NCBI GenBank assembly: GCA_964016885.1
Contig: CAXHJY010000644.1
Location: forward strand, 124,001-188,000
Length of the DNA stretch: 64,000 nucleotides
Direction of reading: 5' to 3'
Source: Eledone cirrhosa
Taxonomy: Eukaryota
The translations under genes were made by a program, and so were the position numbers. Under the pieces are notes generated by a model. It was not told where the DNA came from. It was given only the letters and a program-made list of their open reading frames with translations, and searched no databases. Below are positions 24,750-38,249 of the stretch, one piece after another (the stretch's first letter is position 1; each line of letters starts with the position of its first letter).

Positions 24750-26427
24750 GAGAGAGAAAAATACTGCAGGTAGCACATGGGTAACATGTAATAAAATAAG
24801 TCCCTCATCAGTGATTTGCCGAAGATCATAGATATTTCATTGCATTAAAAATCATATATCTCACTTCGGTGCAATAATAACCAAAATAAGTTATTAGGAC
24901 AATTAAAACGCGTAAAGCGAGTGAGACAGGAGAACAACAGAAAATATAGCATACCGTAGGGGAGAAACAAGCTTCAAAAATTATTCTGTTTAGCGTAAGC
25001 TAGGTGAATATATGAGCGCTTAGAGAATAGAACCTACACGAACGAGGGCTATGAGCAGAGAGAGAAAAAATAGCGTTCGTGAGTGCAGGATGAAATGAAG
25101 AGAAGAGGGAGAAAAACAGTGAGTGAGTGAAAGTGTGAGGAAGAGTTAACGGACAAGACAGAGGGGGAGAAACAGAGAGAATGGGGGAACAGTAAGAGAG
25201 AGAAAAAACACAGAATCGCAGTGGTAAATATATGTATTAAAATATAGAGAAAAATACTGCAGGTAGCACATGAGTAACATGTAATAAAATAAGTCCCTCA
25301 TCAGTGATTTGCCGAAGATCATAGATATTTCATTGCATTAAAAATCATATATCTCACTTCGGTGCAATAATAACCAAAATAAGTTATTAGGACAATTAAA
25401 ACGCGTAAAGCGAGTGAGACAGGAGAACAACAGAAAATATAGCATACCGTAGGGGAGAAACAAGCTTAAAAATTATTCTGTTTAGCGTAAGCTAGGTGAA
25501 TATATGAGCGCTTAGAGAATAGAACCTACACGAACGAGGGCTATGAGCAGAGAGAGAAAAAATAGCGTTCGTGAGTGCAGGATGAAATGAAGAGAAGAGG
25601 GAGAAAAACAGTGAGTGAGTGAAAGTGTGAGGAAGAGTTAACGGACAAGACAGAGGGGGAGAAACAGAGAGAATGGGGGAACAGTAAGAGAGAGAAAAAA
25701 CACAGAATCGCAGTGGTAAATATATGTATTAAAATATAGAGAAAAATACTGCAGGTAGCACATGGGTAACATGTAATAAAATAAGTCCCTCATCAGTGAT
25801 TTGCCGAAGATCATAGATATTTCATTGCATTAAAAATCATATATCTCACTTCGGTGCAATAATAACCAAAATAAGTTATTAGGACAATTAAAACGCGTAA
25901 AGCGAGTGAGACAGGAGAACAACAGAAAATATAGCATACCGTAGGGGAGAAACAAGCTTCAAAAATTATTCTGTTTAGCGTAAGCTAGGTGAATATATGA
26001 GCGCTTAGAGAATAGAACCTACACGAACGAGGGCTATGAGCAGAGAGAGAAAAAATAGCGTTCGTGAGTGCAGGATGAAATGAAGAGAAGAGGGAGAAAA
26101 ACAGTGAGTGAGTGAAAGTGTGAGGAAGAGTTAACAGACAAGACAGAGGGGGAGAAACGGAGAGAATGGGGGAACAGTAAGAGAGAGAAAAAACACAGAA
26201 TCGCAGTGGTAAATATATGTATTAAAATATAGAGAAAAATACTGCAGGTAGCACATGAGTAACATGTAATAAAATAAGTCCCTCATCAGTGATTTGCCGA
26301 AGATCATAGATATTTCATTGCATTAAAAATCATATATCTCACTTCGGTGCAATAATAACCAAAATAAGTTATTAGGACAATTAAAACGCGTAAAGCGAGT
26401 GAGACAGGAGAACAACAGAAAATATAT
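24750..26427 (-). repeat. Tandem array of ~493-bp units (about 3.4 copies), retrozyme-like
   Basis: GTCCCTCATCAG at 24800, 25293, 25785 and 26278; units nearly identical; no ORF. Confidence 0.93.
24800..24901 (-). ncRNA. Putative permuted, pseudoknotted hammerhead-like RNA (also in the next three units)
   Basis: GAAA and CTGATGA core plus helices covarying with 47372-47475; see findings. Confidence 0.65.
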
Positions 26428-27010
26428 ATAGGTTTATATGAGTATGTAAGTGTTTAAATATGTGTGTGTATATATATGTGTGTGTAAGTGTTTTTGTATG
26501 TGGTTGTGAGTATGTAAATATATTTTATTCTTTCCATCCTACAAAAACACTCTGGCCACCTGTGGCTTGTATGTTAACTTGACCACTCACCCCAGTCTGT
26601 GCCATGATTCAGTCTTGTTAAATGTTTAATTTCTATTACCAACCCACCTAAATTTCCCTACTATATATCTGTTGAATTACTATTCTTGGGGTTTTTATTT
26701 ATTTATTTTTATTTATTTTTTTATTTATTTTATTTATTTATTCTTTTATCTATTTATTCATTTATTTATTTATTTACTTATTTTTTTATTTCAAAAAAGC
26801 ACTCTGGCTAATTAACCACTCCCCAAAGAAAAAACGGCATGTGCCATGAAGTGGTCCTGTGTATCTAAATACCCCCCCCCCCCCTTCCACCACCCCTCCC
26901 TTACCACTACCTAAATGTATAAATACCAGAACTTAATATGACACCCAGCTTCCTGAAGATTTCATCTGAATGAAACAGTACTAGTCCTGTAGAAGCTCCT
27001 TCTATAAAAT
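26423..27010 (+). repeat. Distal part of the PLE inverted arm
   Basis: Reverse complement of about 20365-20945. Confidence 0.9.
26947..26997 (+). ncRNA. Type I hammerhead ribozyme
   Basis: agcttc-CTGAAGA-tttcatctgaat-GAAA-cagtactagtcctg-TA-gaagct. Confidence 0.87.
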
Positions 27011-27054
27011 AAAATTAAAAATATATATATATATATATATATATGTGTATGTAT

Positions 27055-28139
27055 ATTGCCCAGTACACCGGCCCCACGCCCGAACTGTACGGTCGTTACA
27101 TTGACGACTGTATCGGAGCCACGACCCTCACCCGAGTACAGCTCGACTCCTTTCTCTCCTTCTTCTGCTCCTTCCACCCCTCCCTCCACTTCACCACCTC
27201 TATCTCCACCACCCACGTCCACTTCTTAGACATCTCCGTCGCCTTCGACCCCTCCCACCACTCCCTCGTCACCTCCGCCTTCTTCAAACCCACCGACTCC
27301 CACTCTTACCTCGACTTCACCTCTTCCCACCCCACCCACACTAAACTCTCCATTCCCTACTCCCAGCTTCTCAGGATCCGCCGCCTCTGTAGCCGTGATG
27401 CTGACTTCGAGTCCCAGGCCCTTTCCCTAGTCAGCCATTTCATCCGCAGAGGTTACCCCCCTCTCTCGTCTACACCGCTCTCACCCGCGCCCGTGCTATC
27501 CCCCGCTCCACCACCCTCACCCCACGCCACCGCACACCCACCCACCGTCTCCCCTTCCCCATCACCTACCACCCCTCCACCTTACCCCTCCACCGCCTCT
27601 TCCGACGCCTCCAGTCCGACCCCTCCACCTCCCACATCTTCCCAACCCCACCACTCCCCTCCTTCAAACGCGCACGCAATCTCCGCACCCTCCTCGTCCA
27701 CAGCTCCCCCCCAACCCACGCTCCCCCCCGTTCCTTCCCCTGTTCTAGGCCCCGCTGCAACACCTGTCCCCACATCACCAACACCTTCCAGGGTCCCAAC
27801 GGCCACTCTCTCTCGGTCCGGCATGCCTTCCGCTGCACCTCCTCCAACCTAGTCTACGGACTTCGTTGCACGGAGTGCAGCGCGACTTATGTCGGACAGA
27901 CGGGACGTCGCCTGGCGGACCGAGTCACGGAGCACCTCCGGGATATTCGTCTCGGGGGCAGTTCCCCCATCGCCCGCCACTTTGGTGGCCCTGGACACTC
28001 CGCACGCCATCTCACAGTCTGTGGCCTACTCCAGTGCCACGGAACACCCGCCCATCGCCTTACGGTCAAACAACGCACTATCTTCATATTACAGACCCAC
28101 ACTCCCCTCGGCCTGAACTCCCCACCCTTATTCCTTTAG
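27055..28139 (+). pseudogene. C-rich PLE RT and GIY-YIG fragment, frameshifted near 27460
   Basis: YGRYIDD, HFLDISV, KPTDSHSYLDFTSSHP, SIPYSQLLRIRRLCS; alternate frame CTSSNLVYGLRCTECSATYVGQTGRRLADRVTEH. Confidence 0.87.
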
Positions 28140-29207
28140 CGTTCGACGGCCCCCCTCCCCCCACACTTATCCCCCACTAACACCACTAACACATCCCTCC
28201 TTTTCACCGTCCACCCCACACTAACAATACTAACACCTCCACACCACCCCTCATCTGACCACCCTTCCCCAACTAACATACTAACATCCCTTCCCTCCCC
28301 TCTTCTCCTCCTCCCCCCTCCTTATCACACGCACACACGCACCCACTTACACCACCCACCCCACACGCAACTAACACCACTAACACCCCCCAACCCCACG
28401 CACACCACCAACTCTACACACCCTACCACCACTAACCCCCACTCACACCTGCATTCCACCCCTCCCCACCTCCCGTATACTAACACCCACTAACACCTCT
28501 TCACCAAACTACACACACACCAGTACACCACACTCCCTCCATAGAACCACACACACCCTTCTCTCCCCGCTCCACACTCACTCATCCCACTAACACCCCT
28601 ACTAATACACACACACACACACACACCCTCCTCACTCCAACTCTCACACCTACCCATCCTCGCCTCCCTACCATTCCGCCGACTGCTGCTATGCCCTTCC
28701 GACCACTGTCTCAGCACCAACTGACCACAGCACTCCCACTGCTGACCACTTCCTGTTGCGCGCGCACCCCACATCTCTCCTCTTCCGACCACCGCTTCTT
28801 GGATTACCCACACGCGAAATTGACTTCTAACCAAATCTCCAAACATCCGTGGAACTTACCAACTTTTCAACCATCCTCTTACACCATCACCTATATAACT
28901 CACCCACACACACACCCCAAAAAAAAATTTTTTTTAGCCACACGCCACCCACACCCACAACACGCTTAAACCACACACACGTGCTTCCCACCACATATTT
29001 ACACCCTCAGCCTCCTGATTCCTCTCCCCCCACCCCCCTATCCACACACGCACAGACACTCCGACCCACAAAAACACCCCCCACACACACCTTCCTGAAC
29101 ATGCAACCCCGTTCTTCCCCCAACCCTCACTTTCACATACACACACACACACACACAAACGCACACCTAACCACACACACCACCTTCAGCCCTCCCCGCT
29201 CGGACAC

Positions 29208-29343
29208 CCGTATGGCCCTGCGGATGGCGTTCGTGGTATATTCACTCAGGTGGGGGATTTTTAACTTAGATAAAAGCAGGTGCTTCTTTAAAATCCCCCA
29301 CCTGAGTGAATATACCACGAACGCCATCCGCAGGGCCATACGG
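29208..29343. repeat. Perfect 54-bp inverted repeat with 28-nt spacer
   Basis: 29208-29261 is the reverse complement of 29290-29343. Confidence 0.93.
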
Positions 29344-29763
29344 AGGGAGCGACTTGACATACATTTGGCCCACACAGGACCTTCGCTCCGAAGATGCCTC
29401 TCCAACAAACCCGACGAGTCAGATGGGACGTGTTCCCTCAGCAACTGCCCGATACGGGGGGCAGATTGCCTACGCACCTATGTCGTATATAAGATTCAAT
29501 GCGATAAATGTAACAAGTTTTACATAGGTAGCACCATCCGACCCCTACATGTTCGTATCAAGGAACATGTCAACACCAACGCATCTTCCTTCCGTAAACA
29601 CATCCTTAAATGCGGAAACCCACAGGGCAGACCCTTGGTCACAGTCCTAGCGACTGAACGCAGCATCGGATCCTTAAGGATAAAGGAAGCACTTGTTATT
29701 AAGAACCTCAGACCCCCACTTAACAACCGGGCTGAGAGAAATGAGCTGACATGGCTAATTTAA
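29265..29763 (+). pseudogene. PLE GIY-YIG endonuclease 3' fragment
   Basis: CSLSNCPI..C..YVVYKIQCDKCNKFYIGSTIRPLHVRIKEH..RIKEALVIKNLRPPLN. Confidence 0.87.
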
Positions 29764-30568
29764 CCATAGTGACTAGTAACAGCCCCTACGGCCTACTATC
29801 TTTCACACACACGCACTTATATGTATACCCATACACATACACACACACATCTATATTTATACACGCACACATGTTTATACAACCTATCACCTTTCACACT
29901 CTTTGTTTTCCAGCTTCTACGGCCCACTATCTTTCACACACATACACTCACATACATACACACATACACATATACACACACAGTTACACACACATATTTT
30001 ACGGCTTTCACACGCTAGCGCACCCTATTGATTTAACCCAATTGGTCAGTAGCTTTTGCCACAGCCTATCACGCGCACGCGCATTCTTTCCCTCGTTTGA
30101 ATTTTCCCCATAACGGCATTCCTAAGTTTTAACGACAATACAACTTTCTCCGGCTTAGCCTGTTCCCCCCCTTTTGGAACTTTTCCCCCGTTGATGGGCG
30201 TGAGCCCGAAATATTGGGATTAAATCTCCTCTACGGTAACCCTTCTACCTTTGTTTTGTTTTCATTTTCATTTTCACTTTTCTCCTATTTCTCACTCACT
30301 TCTTACCTCGAGATTTCCCATCTGCATTGTTGTGGCTTTCTAAACTACATATTATATATATATATATGTTTGTATATGTATAATAAAGCCAAAACAATGC
30401 AGGTATGGACAAAGAATAAAGAATGCAAATGCAAAAGATATTGTTGACAATTAGTCTTTTACCTTAGATTTATTTAAATGTCCTTAATTTTCGAGATAAT
30501 ATCTCTTCTTCAGAGCGAAGTAAAGTTGTCGACCAGTGTTCTAAATAGCTTGCCAAGTCATGCTGTAA

Positions 30569-30920
<352 letters not shown>

Positions 30921-30965
30921 TAAACAAATAATGAACAAACAATTCCTTATATTAAACAAAAAAAG

Positions 30966-31120
30966 TTCACTATTTAACGATCGTTTCTAGGGCATATATG
31001 TGTTATAATTGGTATGCATATTTAACAGATCTATGTACAAAATTATACAAAATTATACAAATTATCAAGATTAAATATACATACCTAACTCATATATACG
31101 CCGTCTTCAGAAATAATGAA
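30966..31120 (-). ncRNA. Hammerhead ribozyme with long stem II (inverted copy)
   Basis: Reverse complement of 36896-37050. Confidence 0.78.
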
Positions 31121-31815
31121 GTATATTTATTGATAATAACAACAATTCAAAATGTCAGTTCAAAATTGACCAATGAAAACACAAAAGGTAAAAAGCAGTT
31201 TGGTGTGTGTATATACATGCAAAAACCTTACACATATTTTACAATAATGTGTGTATAATTTGTATGTGTATACTAAAAAGATGGATGTAAACACAAAATT
31301 TCAAGGTTAATATCTCTGTAAGCTTAATGCGCTGATAAGATACGCAAAGATACTTATGGAGTCAAGCATATAAATATATTTTTTTCATACTCACACATAT
31401 CAGTATAATCACATATACATGTGCGTATATGCATAAATATACACATAACCACGAACATACAAACACACACACTCCCCCACTCACATTTATATATGTGGAT
31501 ATAAAATCATAAGCAAATAGAAATTAAGTCACTCACATAAAAACACTGGTACACACATTTCAAGATCAAGATACAGAAATAAGGTGGGAGGGGGGGGGAG
31601 GGGTCAGTATTAGATTGTCAGACCAGACAGCCTAAAATAAATGTATCTATAAATTAAGAAAAATAAAAAAATAATAATAAAAATAAAAACAATAAAATAT
31701 AATAAATGTACATACACATACAGATATACATACACATACATACATGTACGCGCACATAGAGATATCTACACATACATACATACACACATACCTATACTGT
31801 CATACACACACATAC

Positions 31816-33720
31816 TTGAAAGATCACAAATCTAACTTTAACTCTAATCCTTCTATTAGACTTATATGTCCCTCCAAATCAGATATTGGAATAATTAGCA
31901 AAAAAATTTTAGATAGAGTCATCCCACAAATAAGAAAATACGTTATTTTACCACTCTGGGAAAACACCTCCCAGGTAATTAATTGGTTTAAAAATATTAG
32001 GTGTAAATCTTCTGCTTCTTTCCTACAATTTGATATAGATAATTACTATTCTTCTATATCACCCATACTCCTGAACAAAGCATTAATATTTGCTAAAAAT
32101 AGATCTAATTTAACTTCGGATGACATTAACATTATTACACATGCTAGACAAACACTTATTGAATTTCAGAATGAATACTGGACCAGAAACACTTACAGTA
32201 ATCTTTTTGATATTACTATGGGTTCAAGCGATTCCGCCCAAATTACTGATCTTGTGGGCCTCTTTCTCCTTTTCAACATAAATGCCTCTTTTCCCCACCT
32301 CAAAGGTGGTTTATATCGTGATGACTGTCTTCTTCTTTCTAACAACCTTAGCCTTTCAGAAATCGAAAAAAACAAAAAGCATATTAGAACTTTTCTTAAA
32401 GACTATTATAATCTTAATATTACTTTTGAAAAAACAAGTAAAGTAGTAAATTTCCTAGATATAACTTTAGATTTAGCTACGGGTATATACCAACCTTACC
32501 ATAAACCTAACCAAAACTTACATTACATACACTCACAATCTAATCACCCTAAATCTATCCTTAAAAACCTTGCATATAATATATCACTTAGAATTTCTAA
32601 CCTTTCTTCTAACCAAGATGTATTTGATAAAAATGCGACCTTTTATAATGAAGCTCTAGATAGAAGTGGCCACAAAAATAGATTAGAGTATATACCTTCT
32701 ACTAAAAATACTGAAAGCATACAGCATAATATTACCAACAAACACCAAATGAAAAGTACACACCTAAATGCCACCCACAGTATACCCCAAAATACTAAAT
32801 CTTCTAATATAAAGTATACTAACCCTCAAAAAACTACTCATCATACGACTATAATAAATATTAATAATAAAACTCCTAATAAAAAAGATAAAACACCTAA
32901 ATCTACAAATATAACTAAAAATAGTTGTGGTGAGATCATTAACATTAATCCTCCTAGTAAAAATCATGATACAACATATAAAAATAATAAAAATAATAAA
33001 CAACATAGAAACCGTAATAGACGAGTTACTTGGTATAATGCTCCTTTTAATTTACAAGTTAAGGATAATATTGCTAAAAAATTTTTTTATATCCTTGAGA
33101 AAAACTTCCCGCCAAACCACAAATACCATCAAATCTTAAATAGGTCTACAGTTAAATTCTCATACTCTACAACAAATAACATAAAACAAAATATAAGTGC
33201 ATATAATGCATATAAATGTAAGAAAACCATAAGTATACCACCAGTACATCAAATTAACAATAATATCTCCTCAAATACAGAATTAACGAAAGGATGTAAC
33301 TGTAGAAACAAAACAAACTGCCCATTAAAAGGGAATTGTCTTGTTAACAACATAGTCTATAAATGTAATGTTAAAACTAAAGACTCTATTTGCTCATATA
33401 TAGGAGCTACCTCTAACAATTTTAAGACAAGGTATAATACCCACAAACATAGCTTTAAAAATGCCGCACTGGCTAATACAACATCTCTAGCAGAAAAAAT
33501 CAATAGTTATAAAAATAAAAATATAAAATATGATTTGACCTGGAGTGTGCTCAAAAGAGCCACCCCTTATCAAAATAATAGAAAGGAATGTAGATTATGT
33601 TCCCAAGAACTATTTGAAATAATGAAGTCTAGGGATATCTTATTAAATAAAAGACAGGAATTAATTATATCGTGTAATCATAAACTAAAAAAAACATTTA
33701 AATATTATAAACCTAATTAA
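31816..33720 (+). CDS. PLE reverse transcriptase and C-terminal GIY-YIG endonuclease, 5'-truncated, no stops (tentatively Naiad-like)
   Basis: LKDHK..F..NP..RLICPSKSDIG, QFDIDNYYSSI, FDITMGS, GLYRDD, NFLDITLDL, CNC..CPL.G.CL, SYIGAT..FKTRY..H..SF, CRLC..E, CNH. Confidence 0.92.
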   Translation: MKDHKSNFNSNPSIRLICPSKSDIGIISKKILDRVIPQIRKYVILPLWENTSQVINWFKNIRCKSSASFLQFDIDNYYSSISPILLNKALIFAKNRSNLTSDDINIITHARQTLIEFQNEYWTRNTYSNLFDITMGSSDSAQITDLVGLFLLFNINASFPHLKGGLYRDDCLLLSNNLSLSEIEKNKKHIRTFLKDYYNLNITFEKTSKVVNFLDITLDLATGIYQPYHKPNQNLHYIHSQSNHPKSILKNLAYNISLRISNLSSNQDVFDKNATFYNEALDRSGHKNRLEYIPSTKNTESIQHNITNKHQMKSTHLNATHSIPQNTKSSNIKYTNPQKTTHHTTIININNKTPNKKDKTPKSTNITKNSCGEIININPPSKNHDTTYKNNKNNKQHRNRNRRVTWYNAPFNLQVKDNIAKKFFYILEKNFPPNHKYHQILNRSTVKFSYSTTNNIKQNISAYNAYKCKKTISIPPVHQINNNISSNTELTKGCNCRNKTNCPLKGNCLVNNIVYKCNVKTKDSICSYIGATSNNFKTRYNTHKHSFKNAALANTTSLAEKINSYKNKNIKYDLTWSVLKRATPYQNNRKECRLCSQELFEIMKSRDILLNKRQELIISCNHKLKKTFKYYKPN

Positions 33721-35933
33721 TAACATTATTCTAGAATTTAATTTAATTTAAATGTTAGTTAACCTATAAATTTAATTTAATTAATATTTTATTACAGATG
33801 AGAAAATATTATGTAATCATAAATTTTGAAAAACCTTTAAATATTACTAATATATACTCAGTAATTTAATTTATAGATTAATTTTAATTTATTTTAACCT
33901 TTTACTATAAATTTTTTTTTATTATTATAATTCTTTTACAGATAAAATATAACAAAATAATATCATGTATCCTATGACGGAGAAAGAATTTTTAGTATTA
34001 TAGACCTAATTAATATACATTTTGGAAATATATTTATTATTTGGTTTTAGTTTTAATCAACCTAAAACTTTAATTTTAATTTGCTTAAAATTAGTATCCT
34101 TGTATAGATGAATTGCAGAATGTCATGTAATCATAGAATGGGATGTGTTTTGGATATATACCTAGTTAATATATTCTGTGCAATTTTTTGAAAAAGATAT
34201 GTATATCTATATGTATATGTATATGTGTGTATTGTATGTGTATCTATATGTATATTTATGTGACTATATATGTATGTGTGTGTATATATATGTATATATA
34301 TATATATATATGTGTGTATATGTATATATATGTATATGTGTATGTATATGTATATGTATGCGTATTAATTTTGATTTTTATTTGCATATAATTATATTAT
34401 GCTATTGATGAAATATAATATCTGCTTTATGTATTGTATACCTAATTAACATATACTAATTAACGTATACTATTGAAATAAATATATAATTTTTAATTTA
34501 GTTAACATATAATTTATATGCTACTACCGATGTAATACTTTATTTTATTTTTATTTGGGTTTCTTTTCCCTATTACTAAATTCATCTCCTAATATTGATA
34601 CCATAACGTTATTAACTTTAATTTAGTTATAATGTAATTAATAATCTACTACTGTTTGACTTCATAATTTTGCTTCAAATATTATAAACCTAACTAATTT
34701 ACACCTTGGAAATCAATATGTTGACTATCTTTGGTTTAGTTAACATATGATTAATGGTATACTTTTTTATTTTGGGATGCATAGATTTCGTATTTCCTAG
34801 CACTGAAAATATGTAAGAACATACATTGAATTAAGATACGGAAAATATTATATGTTTCTTGAAACATATATTTAATTTGATCCCCTTCTCCAAACCCCCC
34901 CTTTCCCCCATACTATTATCATCTGTTTTTGTAAGAGTATATGTATGAATATATGTGTAGGTGGGTGTCTATATATGTTTTGGTATTTATTTCTAAATAC
35001 AAAAATACATATATGAGCATGTAAATATGAATGTAAGATTGAGTGTATATATATGATTGTACATACATATGTATGTATATATATGTATATATATGTATTA
35101 TATATGTATGTGTATGTGAATGTGTGGTATGTATATGTGTATGTATATGTATATATGTGTATGTATGTGTATGCTTGTATATAGGAATATATATATGTGT
35201 ATATATGTATATATATGTATATGCGTGGTTGTATGTAAGTGTATATGGGTTCTGTATATATTCGTATGTCTCTCTATTTATATGTTTATCTTCATATCTA
35301 TGTGATATATGTGTGTGTGTGTGCATATATGCATATGTATGTGTTTGTGTGTGTTTGTATGTGTGTGTGTGTATATATATATGTATTTGCGCACACTCAC
35401 ATACACATATATATATATATGTATATGTGAGTGTGTATGTGTGTCTGTGTGTGTGTGTGTGTGTGTATGTGTATATATGTGTGTATGTATATGTATGTAT
35501 GTATGTGTATATATATAGATATATATATATATATATATATATACATATGAGTATATGGGTATCTATGTGTGAATATATGTCTTTATTCGTACGTGTGTAT
35601 TTATGTATGTATATGTTTAGGTGTATGTATGTAAGTGTATGTATGTGTGTGTATATATATATGTATATGTATATATGTATATGTGTGTATATATGTATAT
35701 ATATATATATATATATATTATTCTTTATTATTATTGTAATATAACTTATGTGTATATGTGTATAAGTGAGGTTGTGTATGTATATATACTATGTGTATAT
35801 GTAAGAGTAATGAAATATATATATATATGTGTGTGTATATATGTGCATGTCTGTTTTTTATGTGTGTGTATATATATATGTGTATGTGTATATATGTGTA
35901 TGTATGTATATATATGTGTACGTGTGTGTATGT

Positions 35934-35967
<34 letters not shown>

Positions 35968-36082
35968 GTGGGTGTTTGTATGTATATTTATGGTGGTATG
36001 AGTGTGGGGATATATATGTTTGTATATATATATGTATATGTGTATATATATATATATATATGAGTCTATGTGTGTGTGTATA

Positions 36083-36125
<43 letters not shown>

Positions 36126-36895
36126 ATGTGTGTATGTGTTGCGCGTGAGTGTGTGTGTATTTATATCTTTTTATATGTGTATGTATATGTTCGTGTAAAT
36201 GTATGTGTGTGTATGACAGTATAGGTATGTGTGTATGTATGTATGTGTAGATATCTCTATGTGCGCGTACATGTATGTATGTGTATGTATATCTGTATGT
36301 GTATGTACATTTATTATATTTTATTGTTTTTATTTTTATTATTATTTTTTTATTTTTCTTAATTTATAGATACATTTATTTTAGGCTGTCTGGTCTGACA
36401 ATCTAATACTGACCCCTCCCCCCCCCTCCCACCTTATTTCTGTATCTTGATCTTGAAATGTGTGTACCAGTGTTTTTATGTGAGTGACTTAATTTCTATT
36501 TGCTTATGATTTTATATCCACATATATAAATGTGAGTGGGGGAGTGTGTGTGTTTGTATGTTCGTGGTTATGTGTATATTTATGCATATACGCACATGTA
36601 TATGTGATTATACTGATATGTGTGAGTATGAAAAAAATATATTTATATGCTTGACTCCATAAGTATCTTTGCGTATCTTATCAGCGCATTAAGCTTACAG
36701 AGATATTAACCTTGAAATTTTGTGTTTACATCCATCTTTTTAGTATACACATACAAATTATACACACATTATTGTAAAATATGTGTAAGGTTTTTGCATG
36801 TATATACACACACCAAACTGCTTTTTACCTTTTGTGTTTTCATTGGTCAATTTTGAACTGACATTTTGAATTGTTGTTATTATCAATAAATATAC

Positions 36896-37050
36896 TTCAT
36901 TATTTCTGAAGACGGCGTATATATGAGTTAGGTATGTATATTTAATCTTGATAATTTGTATAATTTTGTATAATTTTGTACATAGATCTGTTAAATATGC
37001 ATACCAATTATAACACATATATGCCCTAGAAACGATCGTTAAATAGTGAA
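36896..37050 (+). ncRNA. Type I hammerhead with ~115-nt stem II and palindromic stem III
   Basis: ttcattattt-CTGAAGA-long hairpin-GAAA-cgatcg-TT-aaatagtgaa; 10-bp stem I; GUU triplet. Confidence 0.8.
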
Positions 37051-37235
37051 CTTTTTTTGTTTAATATAAGGAATTGTTTGTTCATTATTTGTTTAATATT
37101 TTATCTTGACTCTGTATACCGTTTATCTTTCACCGAAAGTGGATTTTCATTACATCTCTTCTTTCCATGATATCCGGAATACATTGAGTTCTTCATACGG
37201 ATTGGACACTACCGTAAACTCTTGATAGATTTATC

Positions 37236-37369
<134 letters not shown>

Positions 37370-37418
37370 CGTGTATGCATTATATATATATATATATACA
37401 TATATGTGTGTATGTATG

Positions 37419-37449
<31 letters not shown>

Positions 37450-37885
37450 TACATATATATATATACATACACACATATATATATATACATACATACATAT
37501 ATATATATATACATACATACATACACATATATATCCATACACACACATATATATATATACATACATACATACACATATATATCCATACACACATACATAC
37601 ACATATATATCCATACACACATATATATATACATACACACATACACATATATATCCATACACACATATATATATATATATACATACACACATACACATAT
37701 ATATCCATACACACATATATATATATATACATACACACATACACATATATATCCATACACACATATATATATATATACATACACACATATATATATATAT
37801 ACATACACACATACACATATATATCCATACACACATATATATATATATACATACACACACACATATATATATATGTGTGTGTGTA

Positions 37886-38062
37886 TGTAAATGAGGTTGG
37901 TGTTAGGAAGGGCATCCAGCTGTAGAAATCAAGCCAGATCAGTTCCTGTATGAGCAAGGCATGGTCAGCCGACCAGACACTGCCCACAACAGGACAACCC
38001 GTCTAACCCATGCTAGCGTGGAAGAACGGACGTAAAACGGTGATGATGATGATGATGATGAT
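37886..38062 (+). mobile_element. RTE family A extreme 3' fragment with (GAT)n tail
   Basis: Matches about 15253-15428; embedded in microsatellite. Confidence 0.92.
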
Positions 38063-38068
38063 ATACAT

Positions 38069-38102
<34 letters not shown>

Positions 38103-38106
38103 ACAT

Positions 38107-38207
<101 letters not shown>

Positions 38208-38218
38208 CATACATACAC

Positions 38219-38249
<31 letters not shown>

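Noticed and set aside
24805-24811. C/D-box snoRNA reading of CTGATGA in the tandem units
   Set aside because: No terminal C/D pairing seen; GAAA, NUH and covarying stems fit a hammerhead core better
30184-30220. Hammerhead-like TTGAT-GGGC/GTGA/GCCC-GAAA at a PLE tail
   Set aside because: Core lacks CUGANGA and stems I and III are weak; at most a decayed ribozyme
30998-31258. Identical 86-aa ORF also at 36758-37018; 72-aa ORF at 45590 and 56315
   Set aside because: Duplicated only because they lie in inverted arms; no coding signal
31816-33720. Selenocysteine recoding reported for some Naiad PLEs
   Set aside because: No in-frame TGA at conserved Cys positions in the PLE ORFs here
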